Below are positions 63,253 to 64,000 of a stretch of DNA of 64,000 bases, one piece after another. The stretch's first letter is position 1. Every line of letters begins with the position of its first letter. The stretch is taken from NCBI RefSeq assembly GCF_021869535.1, contig NW_026262604.1:36766001-36830000 (forward strand), read 5' to 3'. Made by a program: the position numbers and the translations under genes. The stretch comes from Mytilus californianus (Eukaryota). Under the pieces are notes generated by a model. That model worked only from the letters and a program-made list of their open reading frames with translations, was not told the origin of the DNA and did no database searches.

Positions 63253-64000
63253 AAATCCGAATATTTGAAAGCCAAGGTTGACGAGAGTAAGACACATATA
63301 TATAGTTTAAGCTTCACAAATTTTTCGGTCACTATATGCCTGTTTGGTTAAACATATGTGTAAACTTCCATAAAATGTAGGTCGTACGGGTGCCTATTAT
63401 TGATTACATCCACTTCATTTGAACTTTGGTGATTAGTTGTCTCATTGACAATCATACCACATCCTTATTTTTATATTATTAGAAATGTTGTTAAGTTATA
63501 TCGGATGTGTAGGAGATACGTCCAAATGGATCAGAAGCACAACAAAAAAACAAATAACATTTTTTTTATTTTCAATTTTGCCATTTGTCTAATGAAGATT
63601 GTATCTAACACATTTCATAAAAATATCACGTTTGAATTGATTATCATTTGTGATTTTGGGGCCTATAATAGCTGACTGCGGTATGGGCGTTGTACATTGT
63701 TGGGAGGCCGTACGGTGTCCTAAAGCTGTTAACTTGTGTCATTTGGTCTCTTGAGGAGAGTTGTCTAATTGGCAATCATACCACATCTTCTTTTTTATAT
63801 TTGTATTTTTATACAATTGTAGGCTTTCATCTTTATCCTCTATTGGATGATTGGTATCACAGCTGGTTTTCATTGTGATGAAAATGCTGACCATTGTTTT
63901 ACATCTATCGACATAAAATCCGCTTTTACTATGAATGGTAATGAAACAATTAGCCAGGTATACGCCAAAGATAGGAAACTATATTCATTTAGTACAAACG

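Noticed and set aside
1-64000. tRNA or rRNA genes; bacterial contamination as the source of GH26
   Set aside because: No cloverleaf/B-box or rRNA sequence noticed. The GH26 gene has phase-consistent spliceosomal introns containing host SINEs.

Overview
AT-rich eukaryotic DNA, very probably a mytilid mussel (inferred from recognisable Mytilus-type dispersed repeats; not verified). It holds one apparently intact host gene on the minus strand: a secreted, intron-containing glycoside hydrolase family 26 (beta-mannanase-like) gene, with exons 13438-14119, 15033-15331 and 16989-17240, a putative ATG-only first coding exon at 19619-19621, and a product of about 411 aa. The rest is a dense mobile-element landscape. 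(1) A full-length but inactivated I-group (Nimb/I-like) LINE at 39289-45258, whose TSD-defined 5' end coincides with a predicted HDV-like ribozyme fold. (2) About 16 copies or fragments of a roughly 420-bp Meta-domain SINE that shares the LINE's 3' tail and its TC-starting target duplications but has no tRNA/Pol III head. (3) A decayed, internally duplicated tyrosine-recombinase gene with neighbouring orphan ORFs. (4) A 7.3-kb tandem array of an SGNH-esterase plus gag-knuckle unit. (5) A complete Kolobok DNA transposon (TTAA TSD, DDE transposase plus KolX/P2X7-ballast-like gene) and Kolobok/hAT MITEs. (6) Penelope and CR1-group relics. (7) One intact and two degenerate minimal hammerhead ribozymes. 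Most short ORFs in the supplied track are spurious readings of the SINE. All RNA folds were done by eye and all protein assignments rest on motifs, not database searches.
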